A DNA stretch of 58,093 nt from Candidatus Buchananbacteria bacterium (GTDB taxonomy: Bacteria > Patescibacteriota > Patescibacteriia > 2-01-FULL-39-33): NCBI GenBank assembly GCA_903888345.1, contig CAISTG010000060.1, forward strand, positions 1 through 58,093. The letters run 5' to 3'. Position numbers and translations under genes: made by a program. The notes below the pieces were generated by a model, which was given only the letters and a program-made list of their open reading frames with translations, was not told where the DNA came from and searched no databases. This document shows, piece by piece, positions 9,570 through 21,600 of the stretch (positions are counted from its first letter, which is position 1; every line of letters starts with the position of its first letter).

Positions 9570-10001
9570 CTAAAAGCCATTTTCGCCGTGATAAATTCCA
9601 CCAGTGTCAACAATCAAAGCGATTTCCGAAATTTTGGAAGTGGTGACCGGGCGACGAATCAAGGGCGATTTAGGAACGTCTGGCGGTTGCGCCAATAAGT
9701 CGCGCAAATATTTTAAATCTTGCGATTTTTGCCAAACTTTCAGCTTCGGGTTCTTAATTGTTTGAATAAAATTTAATAAAAATAAATGGAATGGTTGACC
9801 ATTAATTCGAGCAAAGGCTACTACCACGGTCAGCGATAAAACGATCAAGCCGAAAACAACAAAAGCCGGAAAATCCAAAGTTTTATACATAATCACCTCA
9901 ACCAAGCCGCCAACAATCAGTTCAATAAACTGGCGGACCGTCACCGGACCAATAATCTTGTCTTCAACATCGAGAAATTGTGGGACTACTACTTGTTGCA
10001 T
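9570..10001 (-). CDS. prgI: PrgI family protein (VirB3-like)
   Basis: VPQFLDVEDKIIGPVTVRQF followed by two TM helices. Confidence 0.85.
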   Translation of the reverse strand: MQQVVVPQFLDVEDKIIGPVTVRQFIELIVGGLVEVIMYKTLDFPAFVVFGLIVLSLTVVVAFARINGQPFHLFLLNFIQTIKNPKLKVWQKSQDLKYLRDLLAQPPDVPKSPLIRRPVTTSKISEIALIVDTGGIYHGENGF

Positions 10002-10030
10002 ATCCTATCGTCATTACTTTATTTCTATTT

Positions 10031-10107
10031 GTCATTCCGGACTCGATCCGGAATCTCCGTGTGCGTCCTAAGCAAGTGCCCAGATTCCGGCTCAAGGCCG
10101 GAATGAC
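10031..10107. repeat. GTCATTCC...GGAATGAC palindromic (REP/RPE-like) element
   Basis: Terminal inverted repeats GTCATTCCGG/CCGGAATGAC with an internal TCCGGA hairpin; homologous copy at 26388-26479. Confidence 0.8.
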
Positions 10108-10119
10108 GGAGAACGAAAT

Positions 10120-11499
10120 TTAAAATCTTAAAGCACGATTCAATTCCATTACCGCATGAAGCTCGTCGATTGATAAAGTTGGCTTACCAGCCAATAACCT
10201 TTCGCGAACTGTTTCTTCCATGTTCTTTCCCTCAGTCATCGCCGATTGACCCAACAAACGATAAAATTTATTAACTTCGTTTTTATGCCAGGCCGTAATG
10301 CCCTCCAAACGCTTGGAGAAACTCTCCTCGCCCAGTAATTCAATTTTTTCTTTAATTTTATTAACAGCGGCATTCGGATCAGCCGCCAAGCGACGAAAAT
10401 CAATCAATGTCATATTTTCTAATTCCTCAATCGGACCCATTAATCGCTTCTCGAATCGCACATCATCCAGATTGGGTTTATTGGCATTTTTTGAATTCAA
10501 AACGGTTTCGGGAATATGCTGACTCGCGACATAAGGCGCGGGACTAGGCGCGGGCAACTTCTCGCTTGCCACTGCCGGCATCGGAGCTTGATTGACACTT
10601 ACCTGCTGCCCTGAAGACTCAGACTCTATCATAATTTTACCATGTTGACCGCTGACGGGCAATGATTTTTCAAAAGTCGGTTCATTTTTTGTGTCAACAA
10701 CTGCCGGCAACGCTTCCGTTAATGTTTGTGGCAAAGCTGCACCAGGGAACTTAATGACCGGTAGCCCATCCTCTTCTTCGATATGGATAGCTGCTGCCGG
10801 ACTTTTTTCTTCTACTTTTATCGTTTCTGGAGCCGTTACTCGCACTGGCCGGGGCAAGGCGGGTCGCCTAGTCTTCGATTCACCAGTATTTAAATCATAA
10901 TTCTTAAGCGCTGTTATAATCACCTCTGCCTGAGTCTCCGAAAATTCCATACCTCCCACCTTATTGCTTTTCATTAAAATTTCCTTCGTTTCCAAGTCAT
11001 CTCGAACCTGTTTCAAACGCGCTATTATAATATTGCGTAAGCGTTTGAATAATACATCATCGGCTAGATTCAAATTTAAACGATTAATAATATTGGCGGC
11101 AATAATCTCATAATCAATAACCGTTGCGGTCGATGCCTGTTGTTTATATTTCTCCACCTCAGCTTCATCTTCACGCGAAAAAGTTAAATGCGAATTATTA
11201 ACGGCAGGACCAGCATCTGCTTTTTCATTAACAGTTTGTCCGATTTTTTCCACTAAAGCGCCGAAACGACTCTTGATCTGTTCCGCTAAAAATTGATTGA
11301 AATCATAAGTCGCTTTCAAATACTCGGTCAGATTAGCGTAATCAATATCGCGCAACAACAGGTCGATCAAGATTGAAGTTGACTTGATACCGAAATTTTC
11401 ATCGAGATTATCTAATTCCGCCAAAATATCAGCCTGAGAAATGCTGTCTCGGACCGCTTCGGATAATTTATTAAGTTTTGCCAGGGAACTATTAGCCAT
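10120..11499 (-). CDS. conserved hypothetical soluble protein of the T4SS-like operon
   Basis: 459 aa, P/A-rich central linker, conserved-looking ends (RLKQVRD.LET; LMGPIEEL..MTL.DFRRL). Confidence 0.8.
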   Translation of the reverse strand: MANSSLAKLNKLSEAVRDSISQADILAELDNLDENFGIKSTSILIDLLLRDIDYANLTEYLKATYDFNQFLAEQIKSRFGALVEKIGQTVNEKADAGPAVNNSHLTFSREDEAEVEKYKQQASTATVIDYEIIAANIINRLNLNLADDVLFKRLRNIIIARLKQVRDDLETKEILMKSNKVGGMEFSETQAEVIITALKNYDLNTGESKTRRPALPRPVRVTAPETIKVEEKSPAAAIHIEEEDGLPVIKFPGAALPQTLTEALPAVVDTKNEPTFEKSLPVSGQHGKIMIESESSGQQVSVNQAPMPAVASEKLPAPSPAPYVASQHIPETVLNSKNANKPNLDDVRFEKRLMGPIEELENMTLIDFRRLAADPNAAVNKIKEKIELLGEESFSKRLEGITAWHKNEVNKFYRLLGQSAMTEGKNMEETVRERLLAGKPTLSIDELHAVMELNRALRF

Positions 11500-11504
11500 A
11501 ATAT

Positions 11505-12005
11505 TTACTGATTGTTCATTAAAAATTCATCTAACTTTTTTTGCGTTAACCCAATTTCCTCTAACGCCAATCGCTTTTCTAGGGGTGGCATTTTCTGCCA
11601 ATCATATTGTGCGATTTTTTCCTTCAGATCCAAGACTCGTTCTGTGGCCAAGCTTTTAACTGGCTCATTTTCTATTGCCGGCAATACCAAGCCTTCTAAT
11701 CCTAGACTTTTAACAAATTCATCAAATCCAGAGATATACGGTTTTAGCTCGAGGAAGCGATGCGTTAAAATCGCCACCACAATATCGCTGATTGTCGCCG
11801 GATCTTTTTTCAAGGCCGCACTCAAACGCTCCTGAAATCCATCAATTTTATCGGAGCCAATAATAACTCGAGTCATCAAACGAATGACCTCCAAAAATTC
11901 CGCATCCGTCAATTGAAATGACGCCAACCAGGGAGTATCCGACTTAAGATACTCCAGATCATTATCATCATCAACAATTTTATTTTCGTCCTCGTTCATA
12001 GTCAA
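11505..12005 (-). CDS. hypothetical protein
   Basis: 166-aa ORF tightly packed in the operon (3-5 bp gaps). Confidence 0.7.
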   Translation of the reverse strand: MTMNEDENKIVDDDNDLEYLKSDTPWLASFQLTDAEFLEVIRLMTRVIIGSDKIDGFQERLSAALKKDPATISDIVVAILTHRFLELKPYISGFDEFVKSLGLEGLVLPAIENEPVKSLATERVLDLKEKIAQYDWQKMPPLEKRLALEEIGLTQKKLDEFLMNNQ

Positions 12006-12008
12006 GAA

Positions 12009-15000
12009 TTATAATATATCGCTAAAGAGCTTACTTCTTGATAGCTTATCGCTATCGGTGCTACCCTTAAATTCAATTAGTTTATCAACGATAGCGGTAG
12101 CGACTTTTCTATTCTCAGTACTACCCAAAAATGCTTTTAGCGCCTTAAATGGCATATTCATAGCAATGGCCTCAATATGAAGTTTATTCGCACTCGGATC
12201 ATCTCCGAGGTTAATATTTTTTAAGGTGTCAGCGCTAAATTTTCCTACCGATTTTCTGAATACGTCCTGATTTGCATGATTATTATTTAATTCGATTTCT
12301 GTTCCGGCAGAAGCCATTTGGAACATTAACTCAGTTGCCCGCTTCTCATCACTTTTTCTTATTGTCGGAGTGGACATACCACTAAGCTCCTTTGTTCTAT
12401 TAAAAGCCTTAGATAAACCAAGATTTAACTTTTCCTTGTGATCAACTGACGCTCTGCCCAAGTCTTTAACCTCTTTAGCTGATAAGCTCCCAAGATGATT
12501 CTCAATAAAGTCGTCATCAATATTTTCATGAGAGATATTCTTAAGCACATCCGCTCGTTTGGAACCACTTAGGGCCGCCTTCATGGCCTTCTTTTGTGCT
12601 TCTGATGCAGTACTACCATGTTCCACCGTAGCACCATTTATTAATGCCTGTTCATAAATCTTGGCGTCATCGTTGGCGTTAGCTCCATCGACCAGACTAG
12701 TCAAATCCTTAAAACCATCTTTAACTTTTTTCTTATTTAATTTCTTGTAATCAGTATCTGATAGACCGGCCTTAACAGCTGAACGTAAGAAATCAGCATT
12801 AATATTTTCTTCCGCCAAACTATCAAGAACTTTACTCTTATTCTTGCCGGTTAAGATTTCTTTCATCGCATCGCGACGACCCTCGGTATCGTTTTTAACT
12901 TCGCTATGAGCCAATAATGCATTTTCCATTGTCTTTCTAGCTCGCTCTTTATTTTTGGTCGCCACAGCTAAATCAGGGCTTGATGTACCATCTAAATCAG
13001 CCTCCTGAATATTTGTAGCGATTTTATTAAAGGCTTCCTTCAACTTAGTTTCAAATTCTGAACCACGTTTTTGAATTTGTTCTAATGCATGAGGGTCAAA
13101 CACATGGCCAACATGATCCATTAATTTATCTAATTTGCCTGCCCCAATTTCTGCCGCAATAAACGATTGATTAGCACTAACATAATTATCTCGCTTTTCT
13201 TCTTCGCTAGCACCAAAAATCTTATCGAAACGAAAATCTTTTGCCGAATGGATATAGGCATCGCGCATTTTATCCAATTTTTTCTGCTCATCTTTATATG
13301 CAGTGGTTCCAGCAGCTAAAGTTGATTCAAAATGCGTCGATTTAACTCCACTGACATCATCAGATAACATATCTTTGGCTGCTTTTGACAAGCCCGCCAT
13401 GACCGTGCCAAATTCCTTGTCATCCTTACTATTTTTAACTAAATATTTCATCAAATCATCAGCATTACCACCTCCCAAAGCTTTCAAAGTTACCGCATCA
13501 GCCTCCTTCATTAAATCAGCCAATTTAACCTTGCCATCTTGAATATCGGCAGTCAATTTAGCAACATCAGTGCCCTTACCATAAATACTAGATTTTAACG
13601 CCAAATTTGGATTGGATTTCTTGAGATTATTATCAAAAGTATTCTTCAAGTCCTGAGGCAATTGAGAGCGATAAAAGTCGATTAACTTGGTGTTATTGGC
13701 ACTATTAGCCTCATCATCATCTTTAATCCAGCCATTTTTAAGCAGGGCTTGCGTGGCAGCCATCTTTTGCGCGGTTGAACCACCAATCGAATTGGCTTTG
13801 GCTCGCAATTGCGCTTGACTCATCCGACTCATACCAAAAGCTACAGCTGAAGCATCAATCTTAGCTTGTTCGCGTTTTGAGGTGCCTGATTCTAAGGCGC
13901 CGATCTTACTGCCCAGCGCCACATTAAGTCCAGGCACAAATTTTCCGCCCACTTGATAAGCGGCACCATACAACTTCGAGCGTAAACCTAACTTGTCATC
14001 AACGGCAGTGCCCACAAAAGCCGGAACTTTTTTGGCGATATTTAAGCCGGTAAACTTTTTCATCCAACCCTGGGCATCACCAGCAATTTTGCCAGCACCA
14101 CCAAGCCTGCTACCCATCAGTAGTGAGCCCCATAATAAACCAATAACTACCATCACATTAATCAAACCATTTGGACTGGCCATGTTCGATAGATTGGTTG
14201 AGGAATCTTGTCCACTTTCAGTCAATGTCAAACTAGACACTGCCTTAATATCGGTACCTCCAGCTGCTTCATTACCGACGCCTAAATAGTTACTATTGGT
14301 AGTAGACCCATTATTAGCGCCAAAAGTCGCCATCGCCATAAACGACAGATATAAGAAGAACATCATCACTGGACCAGTAATTAAATATTTCTTAATCTCG
14401 CCTTCCCATTGGCCCGTTATTGAGCCCAACTGGTTAAAAGCTTTACCAAAAATCCACAACGGCGACAAAATAATCAAGAACCAGAACATAATAATGCGAT
14501 AAACCAAGATTCCGGCAATCGCAATGATTACTACTAAGGCAGCAATCGTAACTACAATTGCAAAAATTAAAGCAGCAAAAATATCTACCCAGGCAATTTG
14601 CGGCGTAATTGGATTACCACTACCATCAGTTATTTGGCTAGTAACATTTGTTAATTGCGCTAAACTTGGCAAGCCAAAACTGGCTAAAATTATATTGTAA
14701 CCGGTTAAAGTCGCGAGTGGTGCAGCAAAAGTCAGCATGATTACTTGAGAAGCATCAATCATCAAACCAGTTAACATCTTCGAAAAATTAATCAAAATTG
14801 CAGCAAATAAGACTTTCGGTAGCATGGTGTGCCATTGATAATTTTGTACTTTTAAAGTCGTACCGATTGCCATCGCGATCATCAAAATAATAAAAAAGTT
14901 ATTACAAACGTCGCGCGTAATTGTCCAACCAATAACTACCGGGGCAATATTAACAAAATTATTAAACACCGCCACCATCAACATCACCTTAGTAACCAAC

Positions 15001-15587
15001 ATTAAAATTGTGCCCAAGCCGTAAGCAATTCCATAAAGAACATAAGAGACGGCGAGGCCGAGAAGGTCGAGAAGGCCGGTGGAAGTAGTTTGACTAACTG
15101 CTTTACCAAGCGCATTATTTGATTTATTTTGAGCTTGATTGGTCTGAGCTAGAAGTCCTTTTTGCTTATCGATTTCTTTCTGTAATGCTGCCTTTGCTTC
15201 CTCTGTCATTACATTTTTACCATTGGCTAATTGATTCTCTAATTTAGTTATATTGGCAGTCTGAGTTTGAATACTATTTCCTAACTGCCGAACACTATCA
15301 TCTTGTGTGTCTTGATTGTTATATGAGCCATCCAAATAATGAAGGGGGTTTAAATCAAATTCTGAATATTTAGTTACGACCGCTCCCGCAGTATTTAGAG
15401 TCGCGTTTTTTGCGCCACTAAACGTAAAGCCACTAACTAAGCCATTCCAAAGTGCCTGCGCACTCCAAATACTAGTATTTACTGGTTTCGTTGCCGCTCT
15501 AACAACGCCAGCACCCAACAAAAACGACATAGCAAAAACTGCTAGGAAAATTCCGACCGTTAAAATTTTTCGAGTTTTAAATATCAT
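12009..15587 (-). CDS. VirB6/TrbL-like polytopic membrane protein with a ~650-aa charged C-terminal domain
   Basis: Signal/TM, coiled coil, then GWTITRDVCNNFFI..LINFSK..IDASQV and ~7 TMs. Start moved to MIFKTRK because the upstream part overlaps a palindromic repeat. Confidence 0.7.
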   Translation of the reverse strand: MIFKTRKILTVGIFLAVFAMSFLLGAGVVRAATKPVNTSIWSAQALWNGLVSGFTFSGAKNATLNTAGAVVTKYSEFDLNPLHYLDGSYNNQDTQDDSVRQLGNSIQTQTANITKLENQLANGKNVMTEEAKAALQKEIDKQKGLLAQTNQAQNKSNNALGKAVSQTTSTGLLDLLGLAVSYVLYGIAYGLGTILMLVTKVMLMVAVFNNFVNIAPVVIGWTITRDVCNNFFIILMIAMAIGTTLKVQNYQWHTMLPKVLFAAILINFSKMLTGLMIDASQVIMLTFAAPLATLTGYNIILASFGLPSLAQLTNVTSQITDGSGNPITPQIAWVDIFAALIFAIVVTIAALVVIIAIAGILVYRIIMFWFLIILSPLWIFGKAFNQLGSITGQWEGEIKKYLITGPVMMFFLYLSFMAMATFGANNGSTTNSNYLGVGNEAAGGTDIKAVSSLTLTESGQDSSTNLSNMASPNGLINVMVVIGLLWGSLLMGSRLGGAGKIAGDAQGWMKKFTGLNIAKKVPAFVGTAVDDKLGLRSKLYGAAYQVGGKFVPGLNVALGSKIGALESGTSKREQAKIDASAVAFGMSRMSQAQLRAKANSIGGSTAQKMAATQALLKNGWIKDDDEANSANNTKLIDFYRSQLPQDLKNTFDNNLKKSNPNLALKSSIYGKGTDVAKLTADIQDGKVKLADLMKEADAVTLKALGGGNADDLMKYLVKNSKDDKEFGTVMAGLSKAAKDMLSDDVSGVKSTHFESTLAAGTTAYKDEQKKLDKMRDAYIHSAKDFRFDKIFGASEEEKRDNYVSANQSFIAAEIGAGKLDKLMDHVGHVFDPHALEQIQKRGSEFETKLKEAFNKIATNIQEADLDGTSSPDLAVATKNKERARKTMENALLAHSEVKNDTEGRRDAMKEILTGKNKSKVLDSLAEENINADFLRSAVKAGLSDTDYKKLNKKKVKDGFKDLTSLVDGANANDDAKIYEQALINGATVEHGSTASEAQKKAMKAALSGSKRADVLKNISHENIDDDFIENHLGSLSAKEVKDLGRASVDHKEKLNLGLSKAFNRTKELSGMSTPTIRKSDEKRATELMFQMASAGTEIELNNNHANQDVFRKSVGKFSADTLKNINLGDDPSANKLHIEAIAMNMPFKALKAFLGSTENRKVATAIVDKLIEFKGSTDSDKLSRSKLFSDIL

Positions 15588-15617
15588 AATTAAATTATTG
15601 ATAGACCACACTTGTTC

Positions 15618-15653
15618 GTCATTGCGAGTCCGCCGTGGCGAACTCACAATGAC
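15618..15653. repeat. short GTCATTGCGAG...CTCACAATGAC palindromic element
   Basis: Inverted repeat with GTCAT/ATGAC ends enclosing TCCGCCGTGGCGAA. Confidence 0.7.
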
Positions 15654-15665
15654 GCAGAGAAATTA

Positions 15666-18600
15666 TTATTGAGGACCATTAACGCTAATAAAGTTAACAC
15701 TAGCGGCGGTATTATCCGCATTCCAGTTATCGATCACCTTAACATTTGGTCGCATCTTAAAAACATTAGTTCCATCATTACAGTTTTCACTTACCGCGCC
15801 AGAGCAAGCAGGTAGATTCTTAATCAAACTATAATAACTATAGGAATGATAAAGTGTCAGTGGATTCTTCTGATCCGGGCGATTTAAAAGTGAAACGCCA
15901 GCATAAGAAGTTTTATCACCGTCACCCCAATTTACTTCGAATGACTTCAGTGGTAATTGATTGGCGTCAACATCGACGACAAAGACGAATTTAATGGAAC
16001 CGATATTGCTGACCACTGACGGAGTCGACGACGGACTGATCGGGAATTTCGGGCGAATCTTACAATAAATATTTTCATTGGTGCTGCTGCGATAGCTAAA
16101 ACTCGGATTACGGTCCTCACAATATTCGGTTGGTACCGACCAGAGTCCGCTATCAACTTTTTGATAGCCACTATCTTTATTACTCCAAATCCAATGGCCA
16201 TAACTCTTAGCGAACAATGCCTTCAGATTATCCACGGTGTAAACCTGTCCCATACGCGCTTGATAAGGCGCCGTCGAACCAAAGGGAGTTTCGTAATACA
16301 GGGGTTGCTTGCCGCTCGTGCCCGGTCGAGTATCCCAATTACTAGGATTTTGTGACGTAATTGGCGCCACGACTGAACCATAAGGCTTATAATCAGTCGT
16401 TAAATAATTATAGCCGTTATAGGCATAAATTTTACTGAAAATAGCAGGATAGCCATTACTACTATCACAAAAATAATTTGCTGCGAGTCTCGAGCCGCTG
16501 CCATTTGCTTTATTGACACTGTTTACATTCTGTCCAGAACACAACAATATTCTATTATCATCACCCGGATCAACAACTGCATTGCTATCTGGACAGCCGA
16601 TTAAATTATCACAGTTGCCCTTCCAGTCTTTACCGGCCGAATCCTTACAATTATTGATACTGCTAAGGCAATAAGTTGATTGATAGAAACACTGGGTACC
16701 AGCTATTAAAGAATCGGTCACACAGTCGCTACCTGCCCCCGTATATCCAGAACCAGAAGACAATCGAGCGGCCCAAGCACGATTTTGTCCAGAAGAATTA
16801 ACCACTTGAACAATATCGGTACAATATTCAGGACTAATTTTGGCACTAACATTACCGCCTAACGCCGCTCCTCCTGTTTTATCGCCAAATCCCTGCGCTC
16901 CGCCAATATCCCAATAATGGACAAACCCCAAAACATCACCGGGACGATTCGGATCTGGATCAGTGAACCTACTGGCATACTGTAAATCCTGGTCAGTAAC
17001 AATTTTCATGCCGCCATACATAACAAATAAATGTGCCAAATCACCAACTACCGGTACAGCTTGGGCTAAGCCGCCGATTAAGGAGATGGCCGTTGAGGCC
17101 AGTTTACCGATAAACGACTCTTGAAAACCCATAACCGTATGCCAAGGCAATTCCAAATGAACCACCGCTATTAACCCGGCCACATCAACCATCGTACCGA
17201 CCGAACCCCAACCACCCCATTCGTCGTCTTGATTTAAATTTAGACTTCCAGCAATATCCTTTAATGCAGAAATAATTAAATTTTTAACTGGTTGAATCAC
17301 ATGTTCTTCAACCCAATTCAAGCCCTCCTTTTTATTGGCGCATTGTGGATCTGAATCATCGCAGGTATCATTCGTAGTGGTAACCGTATTAGAGCTCGGC
17401 GCAATCTCTCGATAACACAAGAAACCATTGGCTGGATCAACCCCAAAAATTAACTGAGCCAAACTGGCAATACCAGGACAAACCATCTTGGGATACATGG
17501 TCGCATTTAATACTCCGACAATCGGCTTATGGCTACCGGTAGACCCAATACCAAAGATTCCACCTAAGAAATCAAAACGATAAACAAACGGATAACGAAA
17601 CATCGGCGCCCAAGCATTATCAGGACTAAAAGCTACGGCCTGAATGCTGCCTAGATCACTAAAATTATCAGTAGTATAACCAGAACTCGCTCCTCCCTGA
17701 CCAAATTTTCCTAAATTAGCCATGGCCGTATTCAAATCAATCGGATTAGACTTAGCCTTCGCCAAACAATAATACAACGGATAGCGTTCTTTATAATAAC
17801 CATTAAAATCACTCAGCATTTCCCCCTTAATAGTATCAACTGGCCACCATTGCAAGCATTGTTGAGCGTTACTCGGGTCGTTCAATAAGCAATAGCCGTA
17901 TTGGCCGTAGTAATTCGTGTTGTTATCGTTATAACTGCAAGCTTGCGCATTGGCAGTCGGATAAACGCGGCAAGAACGGTTGACTTCATTATCGGTTCCA
18001 GCGTTTAATACCGGCTTAACTTCAATTTCGTCCCAAGCTGAATAACCACCCAGTTTAGTATTGTCATAATTCTTTTCCGCATCCGGATTCATATTCATTA
18101 AAGCAAAAGACAAATTAACCGATTGATTCAAAACTTTAATACGATATTTTAATTGAGTCCATTGCTGGCCGCTGGCCAATCGCAAGCTATTGTCAAAAAT
18201 CCAGCCACCATTATCATTGGGATCAATGCTCGTAGAACGCGTACCATCAGCGCTTAATAATTCAACAATTCCCGTATTGGTTATCGGGGCACCCTGTAAA
18301 CTGGTGAATTTTAATTGCACTTCGGCGCGCGGCTTATCGCCAGTCCTACCATCGGCCTGACCATTTAGATTTTGAGTATTGACCCACAAGGAAACATAAT
18401 ATGAATTGTTACTATTTAATTCGACTGGCTCAGAAATAACCGCATTACCAGCATTAAGTTTCAAATAGTTACTGCCCTCATGGGCGATATTGCCAAGATT
18501 ACTTAGAGAATAATTATTCGGTATCCAAGTTAATCCGGATTCAGTCGGATCACCAGTACAATTACTGAGATCGGCGCACTTATAATAAGCGCCACTCCAG

Positions 18601-21600
18601 CCAATCGGTTCGGCTGTTCCGTTGTATCCATTTTCAAAATTACCATTGACCACACTACTACTCTCACCATTTTGCTTCATCATGTCATAATACTTCAAGT
18701 TTGCCCCCGCAAAACCAGTTGCTCCCGCAAAGCGCGAAACATTATCAGCCGTGATCATTGTACTCGAAGCGTTGTCGACAAAATCGCCGCATTGGCCATT
18801 ATCATCAACATAATCGCAAGCCTTAACTTGTAAACAGCGATCATTGACTGAAAAGAAAGGGTTATTGTCATTAGCCTGCGCTTTTTCGTAAGTCGTACAG
18901 GTCAGCCAATTACTGCAAGTACGGTTAGGCTTAACCTTCAAAATGGCGTTACTATCACCTTCACTGCCATTAGACAGACTAGGATTAACAGCATTCTGTG
19001 CGCCGCTTAATTGCATATTTAATGCAAAGGTGTCCGGCGCTCGATAAGTCAGATAGTCATAGAAGCGCTTAGCGACTGTCGCACTAGTGTTAGGTAAAAC
19101 CGAATAATCAAGACCATCGCGTTCATTAAAGAGAACACAACCCTTATTGAAATCAACGACACCAGCACACTCAGATTTATTGACTGAATTCTTAGTGGCA
19201 TAATACACACCAGCAATAGTGATCTTGTCGCCACCGGCACGCGTGTCCTCGTTAAAATCAAAGACATGACCATTTTTGGTAGCAAGATTATAGAAACAAT
19301 CGGTTTTATTTGGTTCATTAATATAGAAATACGATCCTGACACCTTGCCGCCCAATAAAGCGAAGGTCTGGCCATCAACTGTCTCGCTGGTTAACGGTTG
19401 GGAAGCGCAACTACCAGCGATTGGCGTGAAATTCAAACCACCAACAACACTATAACTATAGAGAGTATTGGCTTTCAGTTTAACTTTAGAGCAACTCGAG
19501 GTAGCCTGACCATTAACTTGGCAAGCGCTCGACAAGACCTGATTAGTATAGATATAAGGTAGCGGATCAACATATTCGCTACAACCACTCTGGGCAGTCG
19601 GACAAGTTCCGGCCCAACCATCATAGCTCGGATTAATCGCCATCGTCACATTATCCACTGGTCCCACTGGCTGACTCTTTTTGACGGCCGGCTCGTAACC
19701 AGTGCCCAGAGTCAAATTAGTAGTCGTCGCACACTTTTCTTCGGTACCAGAAACATACCAACCCTCAGCCAAAGTGGCATTCGGACGACCGTAAGCACAA
19801 ACTTTACCATGTGGATCCTTAAAGTAAGTCGTGGAATCATTAGTAGTATATTGTTCACACCATTGCTCCTCGTGCTTACACATCGAAGTATCGTAAGTAT
19901 CGGGATCATTTTTTAAAAATAGTGTCGAATAGCCCAGGGTCTGATCCCAGCGATCAATTAGCGGCAAGCCAACTGCCGTACAACCCTTAGCTGAAGCCTG
20001 ACAAGAGAACTCGGCGCGATTAACCATATAGACAGTTTCGTCGGCCGGCACCGTGACCACGTCAGCATCATAACCATTGACATCCGTTCCTGCATTAACT
20101 GTCGTCGCCTCCGGCGCTTCGCTATTGTGGGTATCAACTAATGCCTCACAACCAACGGCTTCCTCGCGACACAACGAAGAGAAAGATCTTAAATACCAAG
20201 GATTCTTAAAACGGTCAGAATAGGCTTGGCAACCAACCATCTCACCGATCGAGCAACGCCCGGAAGAAGAATCTTGGCAAGTACCAGAGGCAATCGCTTT
20301 TTTGCCATCAGCATCATCCATTCGATTATCACAAGAAATTGGAGTGTACCAAGAATTATCAATCAAATAAACCTTATTGCTAATTTCTTTGAGAATTACA
20401 TTATCTAAATAAATCTTTTGACCGCCCAAATTGAAAACCAAATACTCATCCACGGCTGGATCCCAAGAAACAAAAACTGGACCCAACTCATAATAACGCC
20501 AATTGTTCGTGATTTGCACACGACCACCTAGCAAATTATCACCCACAACACGCGAATAAGTGAAATAATCACTGGCTGGAGCGTCACTGAATTTAATGCT
20601 ACTAGCGTAATAAGACTGATCACCTTTCGCCCAGAAACTTAAGATGTAGGTTTTATTTTTGGTTAAAGTAACCTTTCTCTGGATATTATCGGAGGCCAAG
20701 GCATTAGACAAGGAATTACCGCCCGGGAAAGTGGCTTCGGTCGAAATCTTTAAGCCAGTCTTACCAAGCGGATTACGCATATCAAACCAAGCATCATCCG
20801 TGCTCGTACCGGCCGCAAAATCCTGCACATCAATCACATTTCTAACGTTATTGCCTTGATTACCCGTATAAGCGCGGCAACCCTTAGCCGCTGCCGAACA
20901 AGAACGCGCCTCAGTCGAAATCGACATATAGACACACTCACTATTCTTATTAAAATAACCATGAGACTCAATACAATCAGCTTGCGCTTGTGCTACTGTC
21001 GCCTGAGTTTGAGTGCGACGATAAGGATGGCAGTCAGCCGCCACAGTAACGGTTTTTGACAGTAAGCGATAGGCAATATTACCATTAACATCATACAGCT
21101 CGCGACAATCCGGGTTAGTAATCATCTGATCTTGTGAACAGATGGCGGCACTACTGGCATCATCACAATAATTCTGACCCGCTTTGACATTACTACTGTC
21201 GAAATATTTCAAATTAGTACAAGCGGCCGTACTAATATTAGATTTCTTAAGGGTATAGGATTTTAATTGATAACCAGTCGTGTCTGATCCTTCCCAAGTA
21301 TAATAGGCGGCATCATCAGCAGCCGGTTTTTGGCAAGCCCGCAACTCCGAAAAATATTCTTTAACTTCGGCGCCTTGACCAATGACATCTAAGTTGGTGA
21401 ACTCATCACAACCAGCATCCGCGGCAGAGCAATATTTTACTTTTGAGTCGGCAATAAATTGCTTGAAAGTAGAAGTAGCAAAGTAAGTGCTTTCTTGTTT
21501 AAAGACTTGATAGCCAACACACTCTGAACCACATAAATCCAAATTATCAACCACGCCCGGCACCAAAGGATCACCACTCGCCGGAGTATAAGCTTCGCAA

